Assembly (NCBI RefSeq): GCF_001194135.2
Contig: NC_068981.1
Span: 95,283,512 to 95,347,511, forward strand
Source of the DNA: Octopus bimaculoides
Taxonomy: Eukaryota
Length of the DNA: 64,000 bases
Reading direction: 5' to 3'
Part shown: piece by piece, positions 62,679 to 64,000 of the stretch
Position numbering within the stretch: the first letter of the stretch is position 1
Layout: each line of letters starts with the position of its first letter
Made by a program: the position numbers and the translations under genes
The notes under the pieces: model-generated
Seen by the model: only the letters and a program-made list of their open reading frames with translations
Told to the model about the DNA's origin: nothing
Database searches by the model: none

Positions 62679-62761
<83 letters not shown>

Positions 62762-64000
62762 GGCACATAAATCGTTGTTGTTAGAGAATTCGGCAGCTGA
62801 AACCAAAAAGTAGACAAAACATAAACAGCAAAATCTTATGTCTGAAAGTTTACAAAGCGTTCTGATAGCGGAAACAGCCAGAAATTGGTCATAAAAAGGC
62901 GTTTATTAAGAAATTGCTTTTTGTTCTATTCTCAAAATTTGTGTACGAAAAATATAGACTTGGAATAAATATGCTAACAATGATTCATAATAATTAATAA
63001 AATCTGAACTGAAGAAAAAAACAAAACAAAAAACAAACAAACAAACAAGACAATCTCGTTAGTTGTAAGGCATTTTTGTTCAATTACTAGGAGACTGTTT
63101 GTTTAAGTTTTAAAGAGAATTTTCCAGACAAGCGCCATGTTACGCTATGCTGTATCTTCTGTGTGACTGCTAGAGCCATTATCTGCTCAGTGTTGTTTAT
63201 TATCAATGTCATCACTGAAACAACATGTTCAGTTGGCGTCGAATTGGGATCGGATAGGCCATTTACTGTCTCCCTTCTCATTCCCCATTTCATTTATATC
63301 AGAACATAGTGCTTCGCTGCTAACAAATGTGATTGGCTGTCATTTTATTAACAATATCCTCTAGTTCTGTCAGTCAACCGTAATATTTCCACCCATATAC
63401 CTATTTGATATCGTCAGCATTTTCTTTTACATGCCACTTTTTGTTTTTGGAATCAAGGTTGAACTAAAGTATACGTTGCTTTAGAAAAGACAAGTTGATG
63501 TCAAAAATATTTCAACAAACTTAAAATCTCTGACCTAAAAGAAATTCCCAGAAGAATAACCACAAATACCTCTTAATCCGTTTCGTAGAATAATTTTCAG
63601 CTGATACATTGAAGAAATACTATTATGTTTTAATACGTTTCATACGTGATAAAATGGGGTGAAATATAGAAAATTGAGGTTTATAGCACTTAAAAATCTA
63701 GCGATAGGTCTCAAATAAAGTAAAAAAAAAAACATGACATCAAGCTGGTTAAATGAAACCTTAAATACTTAAAAGACATGATTTCAGAAGTCAACTCCTT
63801 ACCGCAACATCTCTCATAACCGTAAAATTAACATATCAGCATCTAATAGCGGTTTTTATAGTTTTACTAATTTTAAGAAAACATCTTTTATAATGATAAA
63901 TATTTAAGAATGGGGTTCATGTAAGAATATGAAATAAAAGTATGCCATATTTAAAAGCACAAAAGACAGATCTATTCCATCTCAATCACAGATTTTTTAA

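Overview
Eukaryotic, AT-rich, repeat-dense genomic DNA with four assembly gaps. The SINE/LINE repertoire suggests an octopus (coleoid cephalopod); this is an inference. The + strand carries the last eight coding exons (670-17130) of a PNPLA6/PNPLA7 (neuropathy target esterase / swiss cheese) gene. All splice sites are GT-AG and phase-consistent, and the exons cover the C-terminal patatin domain with the DGG catalytic-Asp motif and the stop codon. A U/A-rich region follows that may be a very long 3' UTR ending near 30.1 kb. The rest is mostly mobile-element debris: RTE, CR1/L2-like and RLE-type (R4/Dong-like) LINE fragments, at least four SINE families, a full-length decayed mariner, hAT and TTAA-flanked MITEs, and microsatellites. 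No other protein-coding gene is firmly supported. Best leads: (1) a near-identical inverted RTE pair bracketing the catalytic-Asp exon and the next exon (circRNA/dsRNA geometry); (2) a unique 24-bp-stem pre-miRNA-like hairpin at 49.9 kb; (3) Dong-like elements sitting in (AAT)n tracts that link chains of SINEs; (4) a MITE-like element built from a 15-bp motif in hairpins of both polarities; (5) the possible ~13-kb 3' UTR containing inverted SINEs. Repeat boundaries are approximate unless a TSD or TIR is quoted.
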